The notes beneath the pieces are model-generated. The model saw only the letters and a list, made by a program, of their open reading frames with translations, was not told the origin of the DNA and ran no database searches. DNA of 64,000 nt from Tetramitus jugosus (lineage: Eukaryota; Protista; Heterolobosea): assembly GCA_937625935.1 (NCBI GenBank), contig OW569351.1, forward strand, positions 248,001-312,000. The letters run 5' to 3'. A program made the position numbers and the translations under genes. This document shows, piece by piece, positions 10,653 to 20,123 of this stretch (the first letter of the stretch is position 1; the number at the start of each line of letters is the position of its first letter).

Positions 10653-11708
10653 TTAAACGAGAGTTTTCTGGTTCATATACAATTTGGTAAAGTATTCATA
10701 GGTGGCCAATGCAAGGGCTGCAGACGGAAGCACACGCAGCGTGTGAGACAGCATTCCCTTGTACAGGCCCAAGAATCCCTCACTCCTAACTGTTTGCCGA
10801 CAACAATCAATAACACCACTGTAGATGGATCCCTTTTCTCTGAGCCGAGTCTTGATCAAGTCCTGTGGATAAGTCAACGTAAGTGATGTCATCTTGGATA
10901 TAGCTGTGAGCAGCACTGTGTGACCGAGTGGAATATGAGGAGATTGAGCGTTGGCTTGACCTGTTGCCCCTTGCACTTCTGCGTCTTCTTCTAGAACATA
11001 ATACAAGTGATACCGTCGTTTCAATTCTTCAAACAGTGTAAAATAAATAATCGTTTCCGAGATGCCCAAATAACTGGCCATGATTCCACTGTAAAACGAT
11101 CGAATGCCCTCTGTCCTGTACACCATCTTCACTGCTTCCCAATACCGAACACTGTTGACTCTACTCTCGAGAATGACTCTTGTCTTGATGAAACTGATTG
11201 GATTGACAATCGTGTTGATCAGAAAGGAAGCAGAAGCAGCCGATAGAGCATGAATTCCCAGCAAGCTCTCATTACTACTACTACTACTATTACTATTGTC
11301 CTTTGTCAGATTGTTGTTTGAGGCAAGACCATTCAATGTCATTCGATCTACACCATTCATCCGATACAAATGACTCTTGATATTGTCATACAGTGAAAGA
11401 TAGAGGCCTCTCGCAGGCAAACTCATCATCAAATCCGGCAACAGTCCTCTGAACAGTGCTCTGTAGCCATGTTGTCTGTACAGGTGAGACATGAGTTGAA
11501 GTGGTGATGTGGCAGTCGCAGCTGAAGATGATGAAGATGTCGTAGTTACGGTCGATGATGCGAGTGTCGATTGAGAGTATAGCTTGATGACTTCACATGG
11601 TTGTGTCAGTGTGGTGCCCACGAGTGCTCCGATGGCAGCTGATCCAAATTGAACAGCTAATAATTCAGCTGTAGATGTTGTGCTGGTTGTGGTAGTAGTT
11701 GTTGTCAT
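10653..11708 (-). CDS. Mitochondrial carrier (SLC25A33/36, Rim2-like pyrimidine nucleotide carrier)
   Basis: Three carrier-signature repeats (QPCEVIK, NPISFIKTR, YPQDLIKTRLRE). FYSGIMASYLGISET resembles the Rim2/SLC25A36 subfamily. Confidence 0.85.
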   Translation of the reverse strand: MTTTTTTTSTTSTAELLAVQFGSAAIGALVGTTLTQPCEVIKLYSQSTLASSTVTTTSSSSSAATATSPLQLMSHLYRQHGYRALFRGLLPDLMMSLPARGLYLSLYDNIKSHLYRMNGVDRMTLNGLASNNNLTKDNSNSSSSSNESLLGIHALSAASASFLINTIVNPISFIKTRVILESRVNSVRYWEAVKMVYRTEGIRSFYSGIMASYLGISETIIYFTLFEELKRRYHLYYVLEEDAEVQGATGQANAQSPHIPLGHTVLLTAISKMTSLTLTYPQDLIKTRLREKGSIYSGVIDCCRQTVRSEGFLGLYKGMLSHTLRVLPSAALALATYEYFTKLYMNQKTLV

Positions 11709-11886
11709 ACTGTGTGCTGGTTATGCTGTGGTTGTCCGTTCTTGTTTGTTGCTCGTTCTTGTTCTTGTTGCATGATAAAAAATCAAATCCGGACAAAAAC
11801 TTTTTCCGGGATATTGTTTTGCCAAAGCTCGAGAACGCGAAAATGGTGACTTTTGGTGGCAAGTTCTTGGGCCGCGTGTGAAGAAT

Positions 11887-12217
11887 AGCTGATGCCATGA
11901 CAACAATTATCACAGATATCCTTCAGCTTTCTTCGAAGATTGGATATCTGTGAAAGTTGGAGTAGCTGGCCTCTATCTATTGTTAGGTTTTATTTCGTTT
12001 CAATCTCAAGCTGGTGAATGGTTGAGGTTTGTTTGCCCTTAGAGGGTGTGCTCTAGATGGCATCCCACTTTCTTGTATAGGGTTACTACAAGAATGAGTG
12101 TTCTCGTTCTACGTTCCCGAGCAAGTTATTTGCTACCCAACAAACAGGACACCTTTGCGATATTGAAGGAATAAACTTTGATTAGCCAAGTGCTTTCGAT
12201 TGATGTGACATTCAGCT
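11887..12217 (+). ncRNA. Candidate structured non-coding RNA (~330 nt), family unknown
   Basis: Nested stems: closing AGCTGA 11887-92/TCAGCT 12212-17; perfect 12-bp stem 11910-21/11942-53; TTCTTGTA/TACAAGAA 12070-77/12087-94; several shorter hairpins. G-U wobble pattern favours the + strand. Confidence 0.45.
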
Positions 12218-12256
12218 GCAGACAGAGATTTGAAAGAGATATCAGATTTATACGAT

Positions 12257-14635
12257 TTACAATTCGTCATGAGCAGGAGCAGAGTCAGCAGGCTTGCTTT
12301 CTTGTTCATCCAAGTGTAAACCAGAAGACATCATTGCAAAGATTCTATCAGCAAATTCAGCCTTCTCTTCGATGTCATAGCCAGATCTGAGCAATGCAGT
12401 ATCGTACAGCAATTGTGCCATCTTCTTAGCGACTGGATCGTTAATATTTTCCTTCACTCTTCTGTTCAATTCAATAATGACTGGATGTTCTGGATTGATT
12501 TCCATCATCTTCATTTGTGCCATTACCTTGTATGGATCGTTGGATCCAGTACCTAAAGCTTGAGCCTTCATGATTCTGGCCATATTTGCAGAAATACCGA
12601 AGGTTGGTGTGACAAGTACACAAGGAGAGCTGCTGGCTCTTCTTCCAACATAAGCCTTTTGGATCTTCTTGTTACCCAAAATAAGTCCCAAGAAGCTGGT
12701 CAAAGAATCAAACTCTTTGTCATAAGCCTCCTTCTTTTTCTTTTCATCTTCGCTGTCTTCGTCTCCAAACTTCAATCCTTCACGTGTGATGGATTCCAGA
12801 TTCTTTCCATCATATTCTCTGACTTGTTGAACCATGTATTCGTCGATAGCGTCAGTTAAGAAGAGAACTTCAAATCCTCTCTTCTCCAAAGCTTCCAAGA
12901 ATGGAGAGTTCTTCACTTCCTCAGTTGATTCACCAGTAATATAGTAAATATACTTTTGATTCTCTGGCATTCTGGAAACGTATTGTTCCAAGCTGATCAG
13001 TTCGCCCTCAGACTTTGATGATTGATATCTCAAGAGAGGAATGAGCTTATTCTTGTGCTTTTGATCTTCCAAGACTCCAAGTCTAATATTCTTTCCAAAT
13101 TCGTTCCAGAAGACATTGTACTTGTCTGCTTGTTCCTTCTCTTCTTTGTCAAGTTTATCCAACTCCTTCTTTTCATCTTCGGATAGTTCCTTTGCAGCTC
13201 TTTCTGCGTCTCTGGCTTCCTTGTTCTTCTTGTACTCTTCAGTCTTTGCGTTGGACAAATCAGCCAAATCTTGAATCATTTGAATAGCCTTACCAACCAA
13301 CTTCTTCTTGATCAAATTCAAGAGCTTGGATTGCTGCAATTGTTCTCTAGAGACGTTCAATGGCAAGTCATCACTGTCCACTATACCTCTAATAAAGTTC
13401 AAGTATCTTGGCAAAAAGTCTTCTACACTCTCGCTGATGAAAACTCGCTTGACATAGAGCTTAACCTTGGATTTCTTTTCAGTTGGATCAAACATATTTT
13501 GAGGTGCCTTTGGCGGAATGTAGAGAACAGATGTGAAAGCAACATTACCCTCGGCAGTAAAGTGGATATGAGTCAATGGATCTTCGAATTCAGCAGACAA
13601 TGATCTGTACAATTGATTGTACTCCTCTTGGGAGATTTCAGAGGTTGACTTTGTCCAGATTGGTTTGTTCTGATTGACTTGATTCCATTCGTTGATCACC
13701 TTCTCAACCTTCTTGGTCTTTGGCTTCTCTTCTTCACCAGCTGGCTTCTCTGATTCGATATCAACCTTCTCTTCGCCCTCCTCAGCTGGTGTCTCAGCTG
13801 GCTTCTCTTCCTCACCAGACGCAGTAGTCTCTTCCGATTCTTCGACTGGTACTTCCTCAGTTTCTGTTCTCGTCTCGTACAAAAAGATTGGGAAATGAGT
13901 GAATTCGGAATACTTTTGAATCAAATTCTTCAAATAGTTGGCATCCAACAATTCCTTGGCATCGTCCTTCAAGTGCAAAACAATCTCTGTTCCTCTGCCC
14001 AAAGAGTCGCCAGTTGGATCTTCCATGACAACAAACGAGTTGTCAGCCTTTGACTTCCAAACCCATTGCTTATCATCATTGTTCTTGCTTCTGACAACAA
14101 CTTCATCAGCCACCAAGAATGCAGAGTAGAAACCGACACCAAATTGACCAATGAGGTTGGATCCTTCACTGGACTCCTTGACCTTTTCAAGGAACGCCTT
14201 TGTTCCAGACTTGGCAATAGTACCCAAATTGTTCAACAAGTCATCCTTGGTCATACCGACACCAGTATCTCTAATGATCAACACATTTCTGTCCTTGTCA
14301 GCCTGAATTCGAATCTCTAGCTTATCACCAGTGTTGAGAACATCCTTGTTGGTCAGTGCCAAAAATCTGAGCTTATTCAGTGCATCACTCGCATTAGAGA
14401 TCAATTCTCTGAGGAAAATGTCTCTGTTGGAGTATAGAGAGTTGATGAGAATGGATAGAAGCTGACTAATCTCAGCTTGGAATTGGAATTGTTCTCCCTT
14501 TGTGTCCAATGCTTCTTTCAGAATTGAGTCTCCATTGGATGTTTGTTGTTGTTGTTGAATGGTTGCAGAGAAAAAGGTAAAGAATACAATTGCGCCAAGA
14601 ATGCACAATACTAATTTTTGCGACAATCTCATCAT
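12257..14635 (-). CDS. HSP90B1: Endoplasmin/GRP94 (ER Hsp90)
   Basis: Signal peptide, Hsp90 motifs FLRELISNASDAL, IGQFGVGFYS and DLPLNVSRE, and C-terminal ER-retention signal HDEL. Confidence 0.97.
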   Translation of the reverse strand: MMRLSQKLVLCILGAIVFFTFFSATIQQQQQTSNGDSILKEALDTKGEQFQFQAEISQLLSILINSLYSNRDIFLRELISNASDALNKLRFLALTNKDVLNTGDKLEIRIQADKDRNVLIIRDTGVGMTKDDLLNNLGTIAKSGTKAFLEKVKESSEGSNLIGQFGVGFYSAFLVADEVVVRSKNNDDKQWVWKSKADNSFVVMEDPTGDSLGRGTEIVLHLKDDAKELLDANYLKNLIQKYSEFTHFPIFLYETRTETEEVPVEESEETTASGEEEKPAETPAEEGEEKVDIESEKPAGEEEKPKTKKVEKVINEWNQVNQNKPIWTKSTSEISQEEYNQLYRSLSAEFEDPLTHIHFTAEGNVAFTSVLYIPPKAPQNMFDPTEKKSKVKLYVKRVFISESVEDFLPRYLNFIRGIVDSDDLPLNVSREQLQQSKLLNLIKKKLVGKAIQMIQDLADLSNAKTEEYKKNKEARDAERAAKELSEDEKKELDKLDKEEKEQADKYNVFWNEFGKNIRLGVLEDQKHKNKLIPLLRYQSSKSEGELISLEQYVSRMPENQKYIYYITGESTEEVKNSPFLEALEKRGFEVLFLTDAIDEYMVQQVREYDGKNLESITREGLKFGDEDSEDEKKKKEAYDKEFDSLTSFLGLILGNKKIQKAYVGRRASSSPCVLVTPTFGISANMARIMKAQALGTGSNDPYKVMAQMKMMEINPEHPVIIELNRRVKENINDPVAKKMAQLLYDTALLRSGYDIEEKAEFADRIFAMMSSGLHLDEQESKPADSAPAHDEL

Positions 14636-14775
14636 GATTTAAAGTTTCGAGCCAGATCAAAATATCTGTTTCTTAACTGAGAATTGTTGTTGATGTTTTT
14701 GTTTGCTTTTTGTTGTTGCAAAACAAAAAAGTTTTCTGCGGCAGATGAGCGCTTTATGTACAGAAGATCATGTTT

Positions 14776-14788
14776 GTTGGGCCACGTG
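14776..14788 (+). promoter_or_regulatory. ERSE-II/UPR-element-like motif in the GRP94-sHSP divergent spacer
   Basis: GTTGG-G-CCACGTG is one mismatch from ERSE-II (ATTGG-N-CCACG) and lies in the middle of the 277-nt spacer. Confidence 0.45.
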
Positions 14789-14912
14789 TTTCCTTGCATG
14801 TTCAATTTTGTAAAATAATTCCGTCGGAAATTCATGTGATCTGTGCAATACAACAAGAGATCTTTCTGGTTGGCTGTGATCATTTCACAACTAACTGAAA
14901 AATCAAATAAGA

Positions 14913-15755
14913 ATGAAGTTATCACTCAAGGTATATCTCATTGCACTTGTGTTGGTTCTCCTTTTCTCGGTCTCTCTGGTTATTGGTAAGGAAGAGGAAA
15001 TCACAGTTGAGAAAGAGAATCTTTCCGAAGAACATAGTCATGCTCAGTCAGTGAAGCCCACTCCTCTATCCCCACCAAAAACTGTGGACTATGGGTATGA
15101 GCCCAAGAGGAGTAGAAGCAGAAGACTGTCTGGTGGAAGAGGAAAGAGGTCTCTGTTCGATAATTGGAGGGACAGAGAAGACTGGATGGTACATCCATGG
15201 AGAAAAATGAACAAGTGGGTTCACTCAATGTTTGAGTCTCCCGAGGAGTCAGAGAATTATGAAGACACCAGGTATCCATTGTCTCTCTATGATCGAGACT
15301 ACTATGACAAGCAGCCATACTGGTATGACTACCCATCCTTCAAGGATACACTGTTGAGACCGCAAGACAAACAAGTTGGATTTGGTAACTACGGTTTGTT
15401 TGCAGAGGATTGGATGAACATGATCCCATTTCGTGCAAGATTCGACAGGATTGCTTCTTCAGTCAATGAAAAGGACGATAGATACATATTCAAGGTCATC
15501 AATGTTCCAGACATTTTGAAAAAGGAGAACTTGAGTGTCAAATTGAGTAACGAAGGAGGACGAGATATCTTGGATATCACTTCAAAGTTGGAAACTGCCG
15601 AAGAGAAGGATTTCTTTGAGAAGAAGTACATCTTCCCAAAGGGAGTGGACAGAAAATCCATCAAGGCAAAGTTTGACGACAAGGAAAGAATATTGACTGT
15701 GGAAGTCTTCAAGAAGAAGGGAGAAGACAATCTGATTGACGTGAAGATCGAGTGA
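14913..15755 (+). CDS. Small heat-shock protein (alpha-crystallin domain) with signal peptide
   Basis: Hydrophobic signal peptide. C-terminal ACD motif FEKKYIFPKGVDRKSIKAKFDDKERILTVEVFKK and an IxI/V tail (IDVKIE). Confidence 0.8.
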   Translation: MKLSLKVYLIALVLVLLFSVSLVIGKEEEITVEKENLSEEHSHAQSVKPTPLSPPKTVDYGYEPKRSRSRRLSGGRGKRSLFDNWRDREDWMVHPWRKMNKWVHSMFESPEESENYEDTRYPLSLYDRDYYDKQPYWYDYPSFKDTLLRPQDKQVGFGNYGLFAEDWMNMIPFRARFDRIASSVNEKDDRYIFKVINVPDILKKENLSVKLSNEGGRDILDITSKLETAEEKDFFEKKYIFPKGVDRKSIKAKFDDKERILTVEVFKKKGEDNLIDVKIE

Positions 15756-16105
15756 ACCTCATGGAAGTGATCGGATCTGATCTACCCACCCGTTGTAAAT
15801 ACACTCAACATCAAAAATAAATCACTGGCGTCTCGTACCGTTTCAACAAGAACAACAATGTTGCGACACGATTTTGTTGTATTGCGCTGTATTGTTTGTG
15901 ACACAAAAGGTCACTGGCAGATTCTAATTTAGAGGTTCTGTTCAATAATAGGTCACATCAAGAGTGATCTCTCCAAGAGATCGGACAACTCACGATCTGT
16001 GCACCAGTGTCACAATATTTCCAGTGTGATAGTTTCGCTCTGAAAACACTTTGAACAAAACAACACACCTATACCTCAACAAATCAATTAATCAATAGGC
16101 ATACC

Positions 16106-17260
16106 ATGGTAGAAACAGAAAAAGTCGTTACTCAACCAAAGGAGGAGTTTGCAGCACCAGTCAAGGAGAGAGCATCTATCCCATTGTTTATGACTGCGGC
16201 GGTGACTAAACAATTCGACGCTGAACATCCGGCTCGTTGCGTAGAACTGGTCAAATCGTACAAGGGACCAGAAGACGAAGAATTGAAGGCTGATGAAGTG
16301 TTGGTCAAGATGCACTGGTCCAGTATCAATCAGATTGACTTTAAACTCAATACAGGAAAGATTCCCATGGAATGGTTGACCGTTACACCTCCATTCATTG
16401 GAGGAAGAGATGGCTGTGGAGAGATTGTAGCTCTGGGCTCAGAGTCCTCCAAGCACTTTGCCATGCATGACACCGTCCTGGGTATCTGTGAAAATTACAA
16501 GTTTGGAACCTTTGGTCAATACAGTATTTTCAAGTGGAAGGACATTTGCTTGAAACCTTCGAGTGTGTCCATGGAGCACGCCGCTGGATTGCCAATGGTA
16601 TTAATGACTGCTTGGCAATGCTTTAGTCGTATCAGAGAACCAAGAAGTGGATTGAAGCGTGTTTTGATTCACGGTGGAAGTGGTGGAGTTGGCAGTTGGT
16701 TGATTCTGTTGGCCAAGTACTACTTCCATATCCCACATGTGATCACCACTTGCCGTGGAGTCAACTGTGATTATGTGAAGCAGTTGGGAGCAGATGAAGT
16801 CATTGACTATCTCAGTGATGTGAAGTTTGATGACTGTTTGTTTGACAAGTACTCAAAGGAAACCTCCATTGTTGACTGTGTGTTCGACACTGTAGGTGGA
16901 GACGACATCATGGAGAGAAGCTATCGCTTATTGAACAGAAACGGTTACTTCATTACCACTGTTCCTATCCAACACTTTGACACTGAACACTCTGTTCCAA
17001 AGGAGTTGATTGGATACACTTGGACCTTTATGAAGAACAAGTTGGCATCGGTGTTTGCCAACAAGCCATCCTTCTACTCAGTCATCTACAAGTCCGATGG
17101 AGAGCAATTGAAAATGTTGGTCGATTGGATTGTCCAGATGAAGCTCGACTCAAAGATTCAAAATATCAAGTATCCTCTGAGGGAGATTCAAGACGCTTTG
17201 GAAATGAGTCACTCCGGTCATGTCGATGGCAAAATTATTATCGACATGTCTGACTTGTAA
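16106..17260 (+). CDS. MDR-family NAD(P)H quinone oxidoreductase-like protein (RTN4IP1/ceQORH-like)
   Basis: SINQIDFK, GRDGCGEIV, Rossmann motif VLIHGGSGGVG, LGADEVIDY, GHVDGKIII. Catalytic Zn ligands are absent. Confidence 0.88.
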   Translation: MVETEKVVTQPKEEFAAPVKERASIPLFMTAAVTKQFDAEHPARCVELVKSYKGPEDEELKADEVLVKMHWSSINQIDFKLNTGKIPMEWLTVTPPFIGGRDGCGEIVALGSESSKHFAMHDTVLGICENYKFGTFGQYSIFKWKDICLKPSSVSMEHAAGLPMVLMTAWQCFSRIREPRSGLKRVLIHGGSGGVGSWLILLAKYYFHIPHVITTCRGVNCDYVKQLGADEVIDYLSDVKFDDCLFDKYSKETSIVDCVFDTVGGDDIMERSYRLLNRNGYFITTVPIQHFDTEHSVPKELIGYTWTFMKNKLASVFANKPSFYSVIYKSDGEQLKMLVDWIVQMKLDSKIQNIKYPLREIQDALEMSHSGHVDGKIIIDMSDL

Positions 17261-17358
17261 ATATCGTCGCTCACAGTTCGTCAACTTTGTGAACTTCAAT
17301 TCTGCAATTTCTTGATCCCAAAGTGAACGAAAACAAAACAAATCGAGATTGCAGTAGT

Positions 17359-18030
17359 ATGAAGAAAGCAGCATCATCCTCATCGGCAAAGGACAATAAT
17401 AAAGGAAAGGGTCGTGTCTCATCCAATTCAAAAACCAACAGTAGTAGTAATAAACTGGCAGCAATTCCATTGATAGACAACAGTGCATGTTGCATCATTC
17501 CTCCGAAATCAGTCTGGCACCAGATCAATGCAATTCGTTCACAGTATGACAAATCATGCAACAGATGGCCACCTCACATGAACCTGTTCTTCCCTTTTGT
17601 GCCTTCAAATCACTTTGACGAAGTCTCGCACGAGCTCACAAGGCAATTGCAGAGAGTGGAGCCGTTCAGTGTCGAGTTGAATGAGATTGCATGCAACGAG
17701 GACAGCAAGTATTTATTTCTTGTGCCAAAGATTACTCATACCACGAACAACAATCCGTTTTATGAAATTGTGCAAGTGATCACGAAAACTCTGCCACAAT
17801 GCCAGAATGCAATGACAGGCAAGTTGCCGACAAATCTCCAGTGCTGGACTCCGCACTTAACTCTTGGCCAGATTGCCAAAGAGGACATTGGTACGATAAA
17901 GCGACAACTGCAATCCGAATGGGAGAGTATTCAGTTTGAAGTCAACGAGATATCTCTCATTTCTCGCAGCGGAAGAGATGACATGTTCAAAACGCTGGCA
18001 ACAATAAAATTGGGACAAACAGCTCCATGA
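17359..18030 (+). CDS. 2H phosphoesterase (2'-5' RNA ligase superfamily, LENG9-like)
   Basis: Two His motifs, RWPPHMNLFFPF and WTPHLTLGQ. First ATG at 17359. Confidence 0.8.
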   Translation: MKKAASSSSAKDNNKGKGRVSSNSKTNSSSNKLAAIPLIDNSACCIIPPKSVWHQINAIRSQYDKSCNRWPPHMNLFFPFVPSNHFDEVSHELTRQLQRVEPFSVELNEIACNEDSKYLFLVPKITHTTNNNPFYEIVQVITKTLPQCQNAMTGKLPTNLQCWTPHLTLGQIAKEDIGTIKRQLQSEWESIQFEVNEISLISRSGRDDMFKTLATIKLGQTAP

Positions 18031-18037
18031 ATCCTTA

Positions 18038-19131
18038 TTATTGCATCATCATTGGTCCTATATTCACATTATGGTGCGTCAATAGCACGCCCACGAGTCG
18101 CTTTAGGAGTGATTGATAGGTCACTGGATCGTTTCGATCCAAAAAGTGATACTGGAACACAAATCGGAAGGAGTGACCAACAATCAACACCGCTATCGCA
18201 AGCAGCATATTGGCAACCTTGTGAGTACAATCACCATGTAATTGCAACACATAGAATGCAATCAAGCTTGCTGATATGTGAAACAGGGTAATCGCTAGGA
18301 CAAAGGTCGACGAATAGTGTTCCTTCCAGATAATCATGGGCACATATCCTACGAGTACAAAATTAGACAACAGTGTCGCTAGAATTAAATGTGAAATGTT
18401 GGTCACATTCTTGCGATCATTTCGACAGAAAAGCAGCATACACAGATATCCAGAGATCAACACACCCAGACAATAGCTCAAATTTTCCAACGTTGACTTG
18501 ACTAGAATCATGAAAAAGATGTCGGCATCTCTCACAAAGTTGTACTTTCTTTTCGATTCATTCTCAAACACTCCAAATTTCACATCTAATACGTCATTTC
18601 AATTCTGAAGGTCAGACAAAATGCAACGCACACAAAAAATATCGATCCCAAAGCATGAGAGTACACATACATGTAAACAGCAGGATACCAAACAGAGACA
18701 ATCGTATCAAATTAGAAAATGATTCATAAAAATTTCTGAATCGATTGAACAACAAGTGTCTAAATGCTTGTGGCCTGTGCAGCAATAGATCCAATACAAT
18801 GATCACCATTTCATATTCCACGTACTTGTCAGCCACATTGCCACATTTTTTCTGTCATGGTGTGTCCACAGATCACGATCAACATATTCAAAATGAATTC
18901 AGTCAGATAAATGATCGTCTTTAAAGCTCACGGGTACCACAACAGAACAGGGGAAAAAAACAACCAACTTACACAATCAGACAAGTAAACATTAGAGTAT
19001 TGATGAGTATAAATGTGTTTCATGGGACTGCCGCACTCTGTACAGACGTAACTCGGCTTGATGAAGGCTCGATTACTGGAGTTGGAGTGATTGGCAGGCA
19101 CATTGGTGTCAATCTTGAGTTCTTTGTGCAT
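18038..19131 (-). CDS. ARV1: ARV1-like protein (3 exons: 19131-18973, 18851-18671, 18585-18038)
   Basis: Zn motif CTECG...CKKCGNVADKYVEYE and IVLDLLLHRPQAFRHLLFN. GT-AG introns join in frame, followed by TM helices. Confidence 0.88.
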
Positions 19132-19183
19132 TTTTTATTTTTTTTTGTGTTTGTTCGCTGGACTCAAATCTGATGGAGGTATT

Positions 19184-19970
19184 TTACACGTTTCTGGAGT
19201 TGATGTGCTCGTAGAGGACAACTTGCAAGTATTCACTTGTATGAATGACTTCTCTCCGAGATTTATCACCTGGGGAGGTTGCCTTGGGATCAACATCAAT
19301 TGTTTTCCGATCTCTTCGATGCTTAAAAAGTAATCCTCGTTCCGTGTCAGCGATCACCTGAGATTGTTGGTGTGAGTTGTTTGTGTTCTCAATCCAGGTC
19401 AAGAAGATAATGTTAACTTACTGTAAAGGTTGTTGAGTTATTGTGGCGAAGAGTTTGAGTTTTCCAGTTCCAATAACTCAAGTCTGAAGTCTTAGGCATA
19501 AACCTTTTCTTTCGGGTAAAGTACTCTTCGAACTCTTCTGTCTTCAACCGATGACCATAGTCGATATAGCCACTAACTTCGTTACCCTTTGCATCAAAAT
19601 CTCTAATAAAGATAATTACGCTCTTCTCTCCATTTCGTACAGCAGTTTCTCTATCTGCCAGCCATTTCAAGAATGGATAGTCCGTCAAATTCTGACCGTA
19701 AGAGGCCATCCTCTCTCGTTTCTTCTTGTTCTTTTTGAGGACGTTGAGAGCACTCTGATTCACAGCATCCATATTTTTCTTTTTCAAGTCTTCAAATTGC
19801 TGTCTAGTCAACATGTTCTTTCCTTTGTATCCCAATTCGGCGATGTGTCTCGCAAGGTCTTGATTCTCCAAGTAAAACATGTCCTGAGGAGTGATTTGTG
19901 TGTCCAGATAGTCCTCATAGGTTGCAAAGTTGTGAACAGCATTTTTCGTATTGACTAAACTGGAATTCAT
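19184..19970 (-). CDS. CFAP299: Cilia- and flagella-associated protein 299 (C4orf22 family; exons 19970-19422, 19357-19184)
   Basis: FATYEDYLDTQITPQDMFYLE, IIFIRD, EVSGYIDYGHRLKTE, GLLFKHRRDRKTIDVDP. 64-nt phase-0 intron. Start placed at ATG 19970; the upstream ATG at 20105 is also in frame. Confidence 0.85.
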
Positions 19971-20123
19971 CTCGGACACAATATTGTTGTTTCCCAGAAC
20001 AAATTTTTGAAGAAACGTTTCGAGATTTCCGTAAAGGTGAAGAACGCGGGAATCATCCAGTCCATCTTTATTTTTGTTATTGGCAACACATTCAGAGTCT
20101 CCCATTCTTAAAGGCTCTCTAAT

